A stretch of DNA of 61,267 bases, the filler included. It is 15 parts of 15 records of this genome, joined end to end, with 100 filler letters (N's around TTAATTAATTAA, not from the genome) between each part and the next. Parts side by side here need not be neighbours in the genome. Positions count along the whole stretch, not along the records: positions 21,604 to 26,418 come from SRR15195285_13098; positions 26,519 to 29,523 come from SRR15195285_13162; positions 29,624 to 33,799 come from SRR15195285_13170; positions 33,900 to 39,059 come from SRR15195285_13198; 11 more parts are not named here. One strand, 5' to 3'. Position numbers and translations under genes: made by a program. Below the pieces are notes generated by a model, which saw only the letters and a program-made list of their open reading frames with translations, was not told where the DNA came from and ran no database searches. This document shows positions 23,677 to 34,367 of this stretch, one piece after another. Position 1 is the first letter of the stretch, and each line of letters opens with the position of its first letter.

Positions 23677-25654
23677 CTACTGCTGCATCGCCGCCATCTC
23701 AGCGAAGGCTCCAACCGTCCACTCGCAATCGATCTCTCCGAATCGATTCTGACCGTTGCGAGCGAAGAACAGCTGCGCCTCGGGATGAAATAGCTCCGCC
23801 AGCACCGTAGCGAGGCGGTAAGTGTGCATCGCTGCGATCCGCGCCAGTGGGTAGTTGGAGCCAGGCTTGCTGTCCGCGAGCATCCTGGTATTCAGCTCGC
23901 CTTCCTGCCTGCGGAACTGCGTCAGCGCTGCTCGCAGCAATGGTATCGCTGCCCCGGCCGTAATCGGCTGCTCTGCGATGTCTGTGTACTTCGCCGCCCG
24001 ATGGTTCATCGCGGTGCCAACAAAGCAGCCATTGAACAGCTCTGGTTGATCAGCCTTAGCGGTCCGGACCTTGCCCAGCAGCTCGTCCGCCCACCGATTC
24101 CACTTCTCTTCGTCTAGCCAAGCATCCGGTGCCGCCCCCTGCCGCTCCTCTAGCTCCTTCGGGAAAGTCGAGAATGGAAACGACAGGGCTGAGCCCTTCT
24201 GTCCGAGCTGCATAGACTTACCGCCGCCCGAAAACAGGCCGACTTCGGGGTCAGCACCGGCTGCGGGGAACATTTGTTTTGCCACGTCGCCGCCCCAGAT
24301 GATCTGCGCGGCGTCGATCTCCCATCGCGCCTCCTGCTCGCCGGTGAGCACTTCAAATCGCACAATACTCATCTGCTCGGAGGCAAACGCGGCCTGGAAC
24401 CCCGATCGAATTATAGCAACCTCAGTCTCTCCCATCTTCCCCTGGGCGATGCTCTCGCGCATGCCACCCGTTGCGCCGATGTAGAGGCTGCTCAGGTCTG
24501 AGATATCCTGTTCTTTCAGCACGCGTTTCAAATTGGCGATGAATTCCTGGAGCCGCTCTTCGAGCGTCGTGCCTTGGAACGCCCCACCTGAAGCATCGGG
24601 GAGAATGTCCGTGAGCGGCAAGTTGCCGCCGTCTATGTGCTTGAACCAGGCTCGCTTCACCTGCTGCACCTCAGAGCCTGCCGCCCCGCCTGTGCTGTAG
24701 AACATGACAGAGGTATGGCCGCTGCCGCAGTCCACGACACAACCACTCCGTGGTGATGCACCACCGCTGCTGCCGTATTTCATTGCGAACGACCGCCATA
24801 GCGCATCGTTCGCAGCAAAGCGCGCCAGGAGTGCCTCGTCTTTTGACTCTCCGAGATTCTCTTTCCAAAACTTTGTCCAGTTTTTGGGGCCCTCTGTGAA
24901 ATACGCAGGGCCGGCGTCTCCCACGATCGGAGAGGCGGCAAGCTCCTCTCGCACGGATGCGTCGGCAAAGAACGCCGCTTCGATCTCCTTCTTCTCATCG
25001 CCAGTGTAAAACGGCTCATCGTTAGCGCCGGTCAGCAGCCCATCGACGTATGAGCGCCAGCCCTCTGGATCTGCACAGGCGGGTCGGTAGGCCTCCAGCG
25101 CAGCCACTGCCGCCGCCTCGTCTGTCTCAGCACCGCTGGCAGTAGCGCGGGCATCGCGCAGGCCCGCCATCGCCGCGACAAACGCTGCTGTACCTGCGGC
25201 ACCCTCGCCACCAGGGTCCAGCTCATCCACCAGGAAGTTCGGCACGGCCTTCGGGAACTCCTTTCGGTAGAGTGGCATCCAGTCGTTCTCAATGCGTGGC
25301 TTGAACCTTTCTGGGGAGTACTTTTTGCTGTAATTCACCAGCAGTTCCGGGTCGACGTCAGGACCGAGGTGGGCACGCATTAGCCCGGCGCCCTCGTAGT
25401 CGTTCTGGATGGGGGTAATAACCACACGCTTAGCCGACTCCTCAGCACCCAACGAGCTGTCTATCCAGCCGCGCAGCACCTTGGCGCTGGCATCGGCCGA
25501 TGTACCGAAGCGCTCCGGGCGCCAGCGCAGCAAGAAGACGAAGACGATGTCGTGGCCAGCCTCCAGCAGCGCAGTGACCATCGCGACGTGGGTCCCACTC
25601 ACCGGCTGAGAGGCACCAAGGTACACAGCACAGAGCACACCGCTCCATGCTCAT
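23677..25654 (-). CDS. Fusion of an N-terminal HUP/nucleotidyltransferase-like domain and a C-terminal GDA1/CD39 (NTPDase, ASKHA fold) domain; start possibly frameshifted
   Basis: Apyrase conserved regions: VVDCGSGHT (ACR1), YIGATGGMR (ACR2), VLTGEQEA (ACR3), SGGGKSMQ (ACR4-like), EWTVGA (ACR5). N-terminus AVYLGASQPVSGTH resembles NadD/CoaD GxFxPxHxGH. Confidence 0.7.
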
Positions 25655-25933
25655 GCCGACCCCTGATATCAGCACGGCAGGAGCGAGAACCGGAGCCGCG
25701 GCAGCGCGCGTGCATTGGCTGGCACCGGCGCCCAGTCATGAGTCAACGATCCGGACTACCGTAAATATGCATGTGCCCAGGTTAAAATGAGTAAACTGGC
25801 TCACTTTTTGAAATTGCTAGCCTCAACCGCCACAAACCGGCGCAGGTAGAATTGCTCCTCGCGCCCGGAAGGCGGGGGTATGCTCTGAGTAGAAGCACGT
25901 TTGGCAACCTCTTGGGAAACAGCCCTACGTTAG

Positions 25934-26416
25934 ACCAAGGCGCTTGTAAAGCCCCAAGCTTGTGTCACGCGTGCTGCACGCACCGTCGCACTGACACCGG
26001 CCGCAGCCTTTGACAAAATCAAGTTCTCACCAGACGCTACTACCGTCGTCACCTTCCGTTTTAAGCCAGCCGATGAGGAGTCGAACAAGCAAGACGCGGA
26101 GGAATACAGCAAATTTAAGACTGCACTCGAAGGCGCAGGCTACAAGACAATGGAATACGTCCGCGACGGCCCGAGTCCCCATGTCAAAAAGCCACCGAAG
26201 GAACTGCAGGGCGTAGCTGGCGACGTGCTTGTCGTCATTGGCTGCCACGGACTCCGCGGGGGGTATGGATCATATCGAGTGAAGGAGAAGAAATCGACGG
26301 TGCATGATTGTATCAAGGGCAACAACGAATTTTTCAAATGGATGCGCCCCCTGCTGCCCGAGGCGGCCAATCTCGTCGGCGTGTACTACTGTCGTCGCGG
26401 TGTGCATCCGGAATAA
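25934..26416 (+). CDS. Hypothetical protein exon with a possible clan CD protease-like His/Cys dyad
   Basis: Open frame 25934-26416 with protein-like composition, containing VLVVIGCHG and LVGVYYCRRG. Boundaries uncertain. Confidence 0.35.
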   Translation, partial: TKALVKPQACVTRAARTVALTPAAAFDKIKFSPDATTVVTFRFKPADEESNKQDAEEYSKFKTALEGAGYKTMEYVRDGPSPHVKKPPKELQGVAGDVLVVIGCHGLRGGYGSYRVKEKKSTVHDCIKGNNEFFKWMRPLLPEAANLVGVYYCRRGVHPE

Positions 26417-27040
26417 TGNNNNNNNNNNNNNNNNNNNNNNNNNNNNNNNNNNNNNNNNNNNNTTAATTAATTAANNNNNNNNNNNNNNNNNNNNNNNNNN
26501 NNNNNNNNNNNNNNNNNNAACGTTAGTAAGAAGTCTCATGACCACTAGCTAGTAGCAGTACCATTGGTCCAATAGTACCAGTCAGGGAGACGGAGAGTAC
26601 CATCTATACATACTAGATCAGGATTGATAGTACATTTCATATGGATTATGAAGAAGTGCAGTACCGACGGTGACCGACCGAGTATCATCGGGTCATTCAC
26701 TCATTCACCAGCAGCCGCCTCTATACCGTAATGGCTACAATTGTAGGCCGCAGCAGGCGCGGAGCATCGCGTCCATCCTGATCCGCCAGGCACCTAGCAT
26801 CAACCCACTGTCAACGCCGAGACCACGTCTCAGCTGAGCTGGTCGCCAGCGCTGCCTCGCCGCAGGTCCTAGGCGCCCAGGGATCTGCGGTCAACGCGAA
26901 CCCAGCAACGCGGCGGCGAGCTGTGAGAGTGTCGTGGCACCGAGGCGCCGTGGGTTCGACTGAAAATGATGTGACGCAGAGGTCCTGCCCCGATCTACGC
27001 CCGCTGCCGTCAGCCCAGTCTGCTCTCGAGCTCAGCTGTG

Positions 27041-28261
27041 ATGTACAGGGATCCGAGGTACGACAACTCGGTCACGGCCAACTGCAGACGGCGCTTCTGC
27101 GGGTGCTTCGAGCAGAAGCAAGCTGGTCGCTTTCGCCGCGGCCAGCGCTACCAGCACAGAAAGGCTGCTGTTTTCTTTCTGCTTCTCTTTGGCGTGTTTC
27201 TGTGGTACCATACTGGCACAGAGACACGCGTGACCGCGCTTCGGGGCGGCGGCCTCGGCGGGAGCATTCTGGTGGTTGGCGGGTTTGGATATGTCGGCAC
27301 TGCAATTGCAGAGGGTGCCATGGATCAAGACTACAAGGTGTTCGCGATGGACAGTTCAAGCGCTTACAGTGCCACGCTGCCGCGAACTCCACTGGTCACG
27401 CGCATCGACAGTGATGACGTATCGGGCGAGCAGAACGCCGCATCGTTTGCTGATGCGATGCGGATGGCCCCGAACGGTGTAGACCACCTGATTTATGCTG
27501 CCGGAGTTCAAGACAACGGCGCCCAGCATTCGATCTGGGACACCACAGACGGAGTGCGCAGCGCCGTCGAATGGTGCATCGAACACAGCGTGTCGGAATT
27601 CATTTTGCTCTCTTCGATGGAAGTGTGCCACCTCTCACCCGAGGAACCAAACGCTGACGGCTCCGCACAGGTGGAAGCGTGTACAGCCCCAGCGGAGAGC
27701 CTTCTCAGGCACAAAAAGGCGGCCGGCCTGACACAGGCTGCACGCAAGGCGTTGGAAATGGAGTTGGTTGTCGAGACGCTATGCGACGCATCAGATCAGC
27801 TCAAGTGTGCAGTGTTGCGGCTGTCCGACCCGTACGGCCCAGGGATCGAAGACGGCCCAGTTGCATCGGTCATAGCCAAAGTTGTCGCCGGGGAGCCAGT
27901 TGACGTACCAGAGATGGACGTTCCGAGGGATTACATCCACACTATTGATGTGGCGCACGCTGTGATGAGAACCGCTCGGATGCGCTTAGCCAAGGAGACT
28001 GTCATGCGCGTGGGCATTTGCAGCGGTGTGACAGTCTCTGTTGAAATGTGGGCGCGGGTAGCGATCGACACATCCATTTCAAGTACAGCAACCATTCGGC
28101 TTCCGTCGCAGCGCGACAACGGGCCGGGATTTACGTGCGACGTTCACCGTGCGTGGCGTAAGATGTCGTTCCAAGCAGCTGTCGGTATAGACGAAGGGAT
28201 CATGACACTACTACCAGGCGACGATGAGCCACAGGGTTTTTTGGAGTCGCGGGGTGTGTGA
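27041..28261 (+). CDS. Type II membrane NAD-dependent epimerase/dehydratase (extended SDR)
   Basis: Basic N-terminus, TM AAVFFLLLFGVFLWY, Rossmann ILVVGGFGYVG, LIYAAG, ILLSS, VLRLSDPYGPG, RDYIHTIDVA. Confidence 0.85.
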   Translation: MYRDPRYDNSVTANCRRRFCGCFEQKQAGRFRRGQRYQHRKAAVFFLLLFGVFLWYHTGTETRVTALRGGGLGGSILVVGGFGYVGTAIAEGAMDQDYKVFAMDSSSAYSATLPRTPLVTRIDSDDVSGEQNAASFADAMRMAPNGVDHLIYAAGVQDNGAQHSIWDTTDGVRSAVEWCIEHSVSEFILLSSMEVCHLSPEEPNADGSAQVEACTAPAESLLRHKKAAGLTQAARKALEMELVVETLCDASDQLKCAVLRLSDPYGPGIEDGPVASVIAKVVAGEPVDVPEMDVPRDYIHTIDVAHAVMRTARMRLAKETVMRVGICSGVTVSVEMWARVAIDTSISSTATIRLPSQRDNGPGFTCDVHRAWRKMSFQAAVGIDEGIMTLLPGDDEPQGFLESRGV

Positions 28262-28364
28262 CAAACCCGCATGACTGTCGTGTGAATTTCTCTCGTTGTA
28301 TGGCCGTATCGCAGAATGTTCATGCGACAACGCCACGCAGGCCAAGTAATGTGCAGTAGACTTT

Positions 28365-29495
28365 CTATTTCATTTCACCTGATTCTTGTGCCAGATGAAG
28401 CATCAGCGCCTCGAGCGTTGGTGTGCACGTTGCATCGATGATAATCGGGGCAGCAAAATCCCGACCACTCGGACACTTCTGGCTAGGCTCTGTTGCTCTG
28501 AGTATTCGTCGACTCGTAGGATGTTCGGGCGCCTCACAATCGATAGACCACTCGATTAGGTACGGGCAGCTTGTTTGAGCAGGTGCATCTTCATCCCAGC
28601 GGTATTTTTCACATACATTAGAGAGTAGCAGCTGCAGCTGCTCCAGCTGCTGCTGAGGTTGTGAGTGTGGACCATGCTTTCGCACCCATTGCCGCATAAC
28701 TTGGTCGACATCTCGGTCCACATTGTGAGAACGATATATGTCAACAATCACGTCGTGTATCTCATTCCACTGTCGGGCCACTTGTGCTGCAGCAACACGC
28801 TTTTTCCGTTGCTGCTGTAGCACTTTCGTCCATGGTTCTGGAAGCGCCCAGTATGGGACAACATCAGACTCTTGGTGTTGTCCTTTGACGATCACCATCT
28901 GGAGGACCGGCGTGCTCTTGCTGAGGTCGCCCACAACGTTGGTCGCTGTTCCTGATCTCCCGTCATGGGCACCGAGGTTGACGATGATTTCCTCGGCAAT
29001 CAGCATCCGTTTTTTCTGTAGTTTACTCTGGTGGCTGAGGGCGAGCGTGTTACGCATCTCAACGTTTGCCCAGTCAATGATGTTGTTTCCAGAAAACCCA
29101 ATCGTGCTGTACGTGCTAGCACCAGCCTTCAGGAGTAGCCTGGCCACTTCCACATTGCCACGAGTGGCAGCAGCACCCAGTGGGGTCTCACTAGCGGCAT
29201 TTGTGCAGTCCACGTTCGCACTGGCATTGATGAGTAACATTGCAACCCGTGTAGAATTGCGTGTGGCGGCGACCACGAGTGGCGTGTCGCCCACCATGGT
29301 TGTGGCGTCGACCTCAGCTTTGACGCAAAGCAGTGCACCCACGACAGTAGGCTCATCCACCCACGCAGCTTGATGTATGGCCCGGGCGCCAAGAGAATTT
29401 GAAAGCTCAGGGTCTGCTTTCGCTTGAAGAAGTAGTTTGACCACATTGATGCGCCCTGCCAAGGCAGCCTGACCTAGCGCAGTGTTGCCCACAGA
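28365..29495 (-). CDS. Ankyrin repeat protein, 5'-partial
   Basis: GNTALGQAALAG, ARAIHQAAW, GDTPLVVAA, ETPLGAAATRGNVEVARLLLKAGA. Confidence 0.85.
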   Translation of the reverse strand, partial: SVGNTALGQAALAGRINVVKLLLQAKADPELSNSLGARAIHQAAWVDEPTVVGALLCVKAEVDATTMVGDTPLVVAATRNSTRVAMLLINASANVDCTNAASETPLGAAATRGNVEVARLLLKAGASTYSTIGFSGNNIIDWANVEMRNTLALSHQSKLQKKRMLIAEEIIVNLGAHDGRSGTATNVVGDLSKSTPVLQMVIVKGQHQESDVVPYWALPEPWTKVLQQQRKKRVAAAQVARQWNEIHDVIVDIYRSHNVDRDVDQVMRQWVRKHGPHSQPQQQLEQLQLLLSNVCEKYRWDEDAPAQTSCPYLIEWSIDCEAPEHPTSRRILRATEPSQKCPSGRDFAAPIIIDATCTPTLEALMLHLAQESGEMK

Positions 29496-29520
29496 CATGA
29501 CATGACATGACATGACATGA
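29496..29520. repeat. (CATGA)5 microsatellite at contig end
   Basis: Read directly from the sequence. Confidence 0.9.
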
Positions 29521-29700
29521 TTGNNNNNNNNNNNNNNNNNNNNNNNNNNNNNNNNNNNNNNNNNNNNTTAATTAATTAANNNNNNNNNNNNNNNNNNNNN
29601 NNNNNNNNNNNNNNNNNNNNNNNCTGCTGCTGCTGCTGCTGCTGTGGTTGTGGTGGTTGTTGTTGCTGCTGCGCGTCTGCCTCATTTGGTCCTCGCGCAG

Positions 29701-31593
29701 ACCAAAAAACTCGGGGAGGCGCGCAAGGGGCGCCTGACGTCTGAAGATGAGCTTGGTGAGGTGAAGCTAACACTGGAACAGGCAAGGAACGGCTGGGAAG
29801 TGCAGCGGGAGGATTTGAGGCACACCATCGAGAAAACCAACTCAGAAAACCGTGTGCTGAAATCTGAAGTCGCGGCACTCACGCTCTCCCTCGAGAACAG
29901 GGAGGCGGAACTTGCGCGCTGGAGCAAGTCTCTTGGGGCTGGACCAGAGGGCGACGCGTCGTTGGAAGGTGGCCTTGCACAGGCGGAGCAGGAGCGGGCC
30001 AACCTGCGGCAAGAGATTCGGGGGCTGCACAACGCGCTTGAGCATAAGGATCTGCAGATGGCCACCCTAACAGGTCAGATGGACATGCTGCTTGCGGTGA
30101 TTAATGGTTCAGCCACATTAATGGTACGTCACGGCGGTGGCCATGAGAAACTGTTCAAACACCTCATGCACAAATGCAAAGAAGAGGAGCACAAGCGTCA
30201 GCGCGAGTCGGCTGCTGCTGCTCGAACGGCCGTGTTGGACAGGCGCGTGGCATTAGAAGCCTTGCGAAAGCGAGGAAATGGCGACCAACAACAGGCCGCT
30301 GGCAACGATACCGCAGAAGCTGTCGGGAGCGTTCTAGCGAGCACGATGGGCGTGAGCTTCCCGGAGAGTTTCTACAACCGTCTAACCAAAGAGCCTCAGC
30401 CGGTGCCGTTGGGTGGTTCGTCGGATGCTAAGCACACGCAGAGCAGAGAGACCCAGCCGACCGCTGCTGACACCAGTGCTAGCAACTTCCATAGCTTCCT
30501 CTTCCATAATACTGAGAGCTATCCGCACGCTTTGATGGTCAAAGCGTACATGCCACCGGACGTAAACGAGCAGCATGCAAGAGACGAGGAGGTCGAAGCT
30601 GAGCTCATTAGGCAGGAGGTGGAGGCGGAGATGTCTGCTGAGTTTGCGGCTTCGCCACGTTCTTCTCAGGATGGAAATGAGATTTTGCCCACCACGTCGA
30701 GTCGCAGGCAGGACACGATGCGGAGTAGCAGCGATAGCACCGTGCACCTGCTCGGCGGGCGAGCGGCTAGGGCTGCATCAGCTGGTGCGAGTAGGAAGAG
30801 CGGCGCCAGGAGCAGTGGCGGTGGCTTGAGCTCATCCTTCGCAGACTCGTATGCCTCGCGGCTTGGGCCAGACCCCGCAGATATCCGCGCATCGCAATCG
30901 CTCTCGCAATCACAGCGGCTACCTTCTGGCGAGATGTCGGCAGTGCTCTCGAGCCTTCAATCGCTGCACGCCTCTGCCCACTTTGACACACCTGCTGGAG
31001 CTGAAGGAGGGGCAATGCCAGTACCACACGGCGTTGCTACCAGTGACCAAGCGCAAGAAATGTTGTCCTTGATACGTGACATGCGGCAGGAGATGCGTGA
31101 GATGGATGAGCAACGGCAGCGTGACTCCGATTCCATGAAGATGCAGATGTCCTTGGTGCTAGAAGGGAATGGGGAGCTGGCCGAGGGTGGTCGAAAGCAG
31201 CTGCGGCTTGGCCAGGAGGTGTCTGATATGGTCACTGATATGAGACAGATGCAAGTTGAAAGTAAGACGCTTACCCGCCTACTAGTAGAGACCCACGCCC
31301 GCAACTCAATCATCGCTTGCCAGCTTTCTTGCTATGCGTACAGAATAAGCGCACCGCTCCGCAAATGCGCTGCCTATAATTCATGTTGGTGTCGAATCTG
31401 ACATACCTGATGTCGTCGACTGGATGTGTTAGCACTACCGTGGAAAGAGCGTGAGGGACCGATATCGAGTGTTGGCCAGCGGGACAGCCAATTCCTTGAT
31501 CGGCGCCACAATATCCTCGACTCGGTTGATGCGATTGAGCAGATGGACTTCGATACACAGCTTCGCGGAGAGACTGTTGGTGCCTCATCATAG
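29701..31593 (+). CDS. Coiled-coil protein, 5'-partial (exons 29701-31261, 31433-31593)
   Basis: Heptad-rich segments. Acceptor CAG at 29698-29700; phase-1 GTAAG...TAG intron 31262-31432; TAG stop 31591-31593. Confidence 0.65.
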
Positions 31594-32454
31594 AGACCAA
31601 CACAGCTGCCGCTACCAAGTACACGGCCGCGACCGCTAGTTTAGCGCTAGTCTAGCGCTATACGTTCGTGCCGTTCTGTTGCTATATTCACGCAAACAAA
31701 AGCGAACCTTTGACAGTTTGCATTGATGGATTGTCTCGTGGAACAGTAAAGGATAGAGGACATCTTCTGAAGACAAGCACTAACCGAACCGTTGTGCCCT
31801 CATGGAGCCCAATCATCTTTGAGGTCGCTGTGGCAATGTTTTCCTGTTTCCAACTGGTTTCCAACGCCTCACAGGACGGAACCGTGCCCGCTGCACTGCA
31901 ATCTAGACAAATCTAACCCATGAAGTTCTCTAGTCACTAGCTGAACATTCATTGTGTCACGACTCCTCGAGCTGGTGTTCTATGTAGACAGGTAGCGCTC
32001 TTCATTTAGGCAGAATTTTTGACGCGCGCCAGCTTCAGGGCGTGGTCAACCCTCTATTAGTGCGTATTAGAAAGGTAGTTAGGGCCGCGGCCCACCAGGC
32101 ATAATTGCTTGAACATGCGAGGAATTGCATTGATGGCTGGCCGCGCGCGAGCGAGGTACTGTTCGCTTGGTTGACACCGGGCACAAGGCCTTTTGCCCGG
32201 TGTCAAAAGTACCACAAGGTCAAGCGCCCAGAGCGAGGCAACCGGCAATTGTGCTCTGTAGTGAGGTGCTGGACCAGCGTGCGCAGCTAGTTCGATTTAT
32301 TCAACACTACAGTACTGTAAACGTGCAAATGTTGTACGTATTGAATTTGGTGTGGTCCAGCATGAGGGTGGCTGTCAAACTTCGCGCGGTAGAAGACCTC
32401 ATCGCTCTCGGCTGCGTCAAGTGACTTTACGCTAGGGTATTCGTCAAAGAACCA

Positions 32455-33527
32455 TTAAATGGCCAAGACCGAGTCGATAGTCATGTTGAAAGCGCAGCTA
32501 GTGTTACGCCGCATCAAGCTTGTGATCACGTCCTGCTCGACCGATGTGAGCGAGCACTGGTGGCGCTCGCCCATGTCGTACCCCCGTGGGGTGTCCAGCG
32601 CAGCGATGAGTGGAAGCCCGGTGACGAGAATGGACACGAGAGAAGCGAGAATGCGTTGTTGCGTCGTCCGGTCCAGCACCACGTTGTACACCACAAAGCC
32701 TAGACCTTGCCCACTGTCCTCACGCGAGATGGGCACACTTCACATTTAGATCTAGTGACAAGACACGAGGGATCTCGGTTTGGGCTCTCACTTGTTTGTG
32801 CGGTCTAGCGCATACTCCAGTGCGAACAGATCGTCGTGGCGGCCGAGACTTTTCAAACGCTTCTTGTTGAGCTCGTTGCGAAAGATGTCGCAGAGAGAGC
32901 TTGTCGTGGCAATGTCGGCCATGTATAGCACCGGGGCGAACGCCCAAAACACGACCAAGAAAGCCGCGAGGAATTTGTGGGCTTCAAGGTAGATGCACAA
33001 GAAGGCCAACGCCGCCAACCAGCAAGCAAGGGTAAATCCTGCAACACTCAGGCCAAAGCCAGCGCTCAGTCGTGGGAACGTTGTCGTTGCAAGCAGCAAC
33101 GCAGGCTCAACACGGCAATGCCGTCGCTGTTATCGCCGTCAGAGGAAGTCGCAGCGGCGAGCCCGAGTTCCTCGTCGTCGTCCAGCTGCGAGCGCTGCTC
33201 CTCGTCGTCGACCACACCTCGACGCAGGCCCGATACATGGAGGGCCATAGCATTCAGGGCGAGAGCGAGAAACAGGTTGAACAGAAACTCGAGCGGCTGC
33301 TCGTCGAACGACGCGCCCGTATGCACTTGCCCGATCGCCGCCAGCAGCCCGAGAACGCGGAGGAAGCCCACGACGTAGGTGCTTCGCAGGATGAACGCGA
33401 GGTAGGAGGTGCTCCAGTACGTCGGACACTCGACGGCGTTGCTGTCCTCGGTCAGCTCCGCTTCCTTCGCCCGCTCCTCATCAAAAGGGGAGGCGAAAGT
33501 CGCGACGACGGCCGCGACTTCGGCCAT
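32455..33527 (-). CDS. Gustatory-receptor-like / DUF3537-like (7TMIC) multipass membrane protein, apparently frameshifted near 33110
   Basis: Several TM helices. After intron 32714-32791 the C-terminus reads LEYALDRTNNGQGLGFVVYNVVLDRTTQQRILASLVSILV, resembling the TM6-loop-TM7 signature of GRL/DUF3537 proteins. Confidence 0.55.
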
Positions 33528-34367
33528 CAGTCAGCTTGGTACTAGTATAGCCGGGTTCTCCAGGTGCGAGGAGCAGGCAGAGTAGCGCCTGAAATTGCCA
33601 GGGGTCGCGAGGAACGCTGCACCACCGCTCCGTGTGCGTGAGAACCGTCCGGGTCGCGCGTCGCGCGGCGACCGGTCACGCCAGCGTGCCTGGATTGCGT
33701 TCTTTTGCCAATGTACTGTACCCACCTCAACATGCATCGAATGCACCTTAATGCGACATCGGACATGTCCGTGACCCGGGCCCCGGCAAAATAACGCAAN
33801 NNNNNNNNNNNNNNNNNNNNNNNNNNNNNNNNNNNNNNNNNNNTTAATTAATTAANNNNNNNNNNNNNNNNNNNNNNNNNNNNNNNNNNNNNNNNNNNNC
33901 AGGTCAGTGAGTTCTTCGACCCTATCGGTATGTTTCGCCGGGATTTTCCGTGGGCACCGTAAGTTTGAGTAGTGATCTTGATTTATTCATTTGGTTACCA
34001 CTCCCTGCGCCAACCGTCACAAAGCGGTACATGAGCATGTGTGCCCAGGTTGAATACCGGTAGGGAGGGGCCATGCATGCGCATCGCATCGCCGCCGCCG
34101 GCGCGCGCGCGGGATCGCGTTCAGTGCCGACGGTGCGCGCGCAAGTTGAGGGCAGCGGGTCGCGTTGACGACGACCACGTGCGCGTTGGTTACTAACCGG
34201 CGTTGGCCCCGCGCGGACCTGCTCCAGCTCACAACTTGGAGGACTAACGCTCCCGCCTGCTGATTTGGACGAGCTCACAGCGTAGCAGTACTTGCTGGGC
34301 GATCCTGATTGCTTGCCTTGAGTAGCCGGAGGGCGCCGGAGGGCGCCGGGGGGAGGGAGACGAACCG

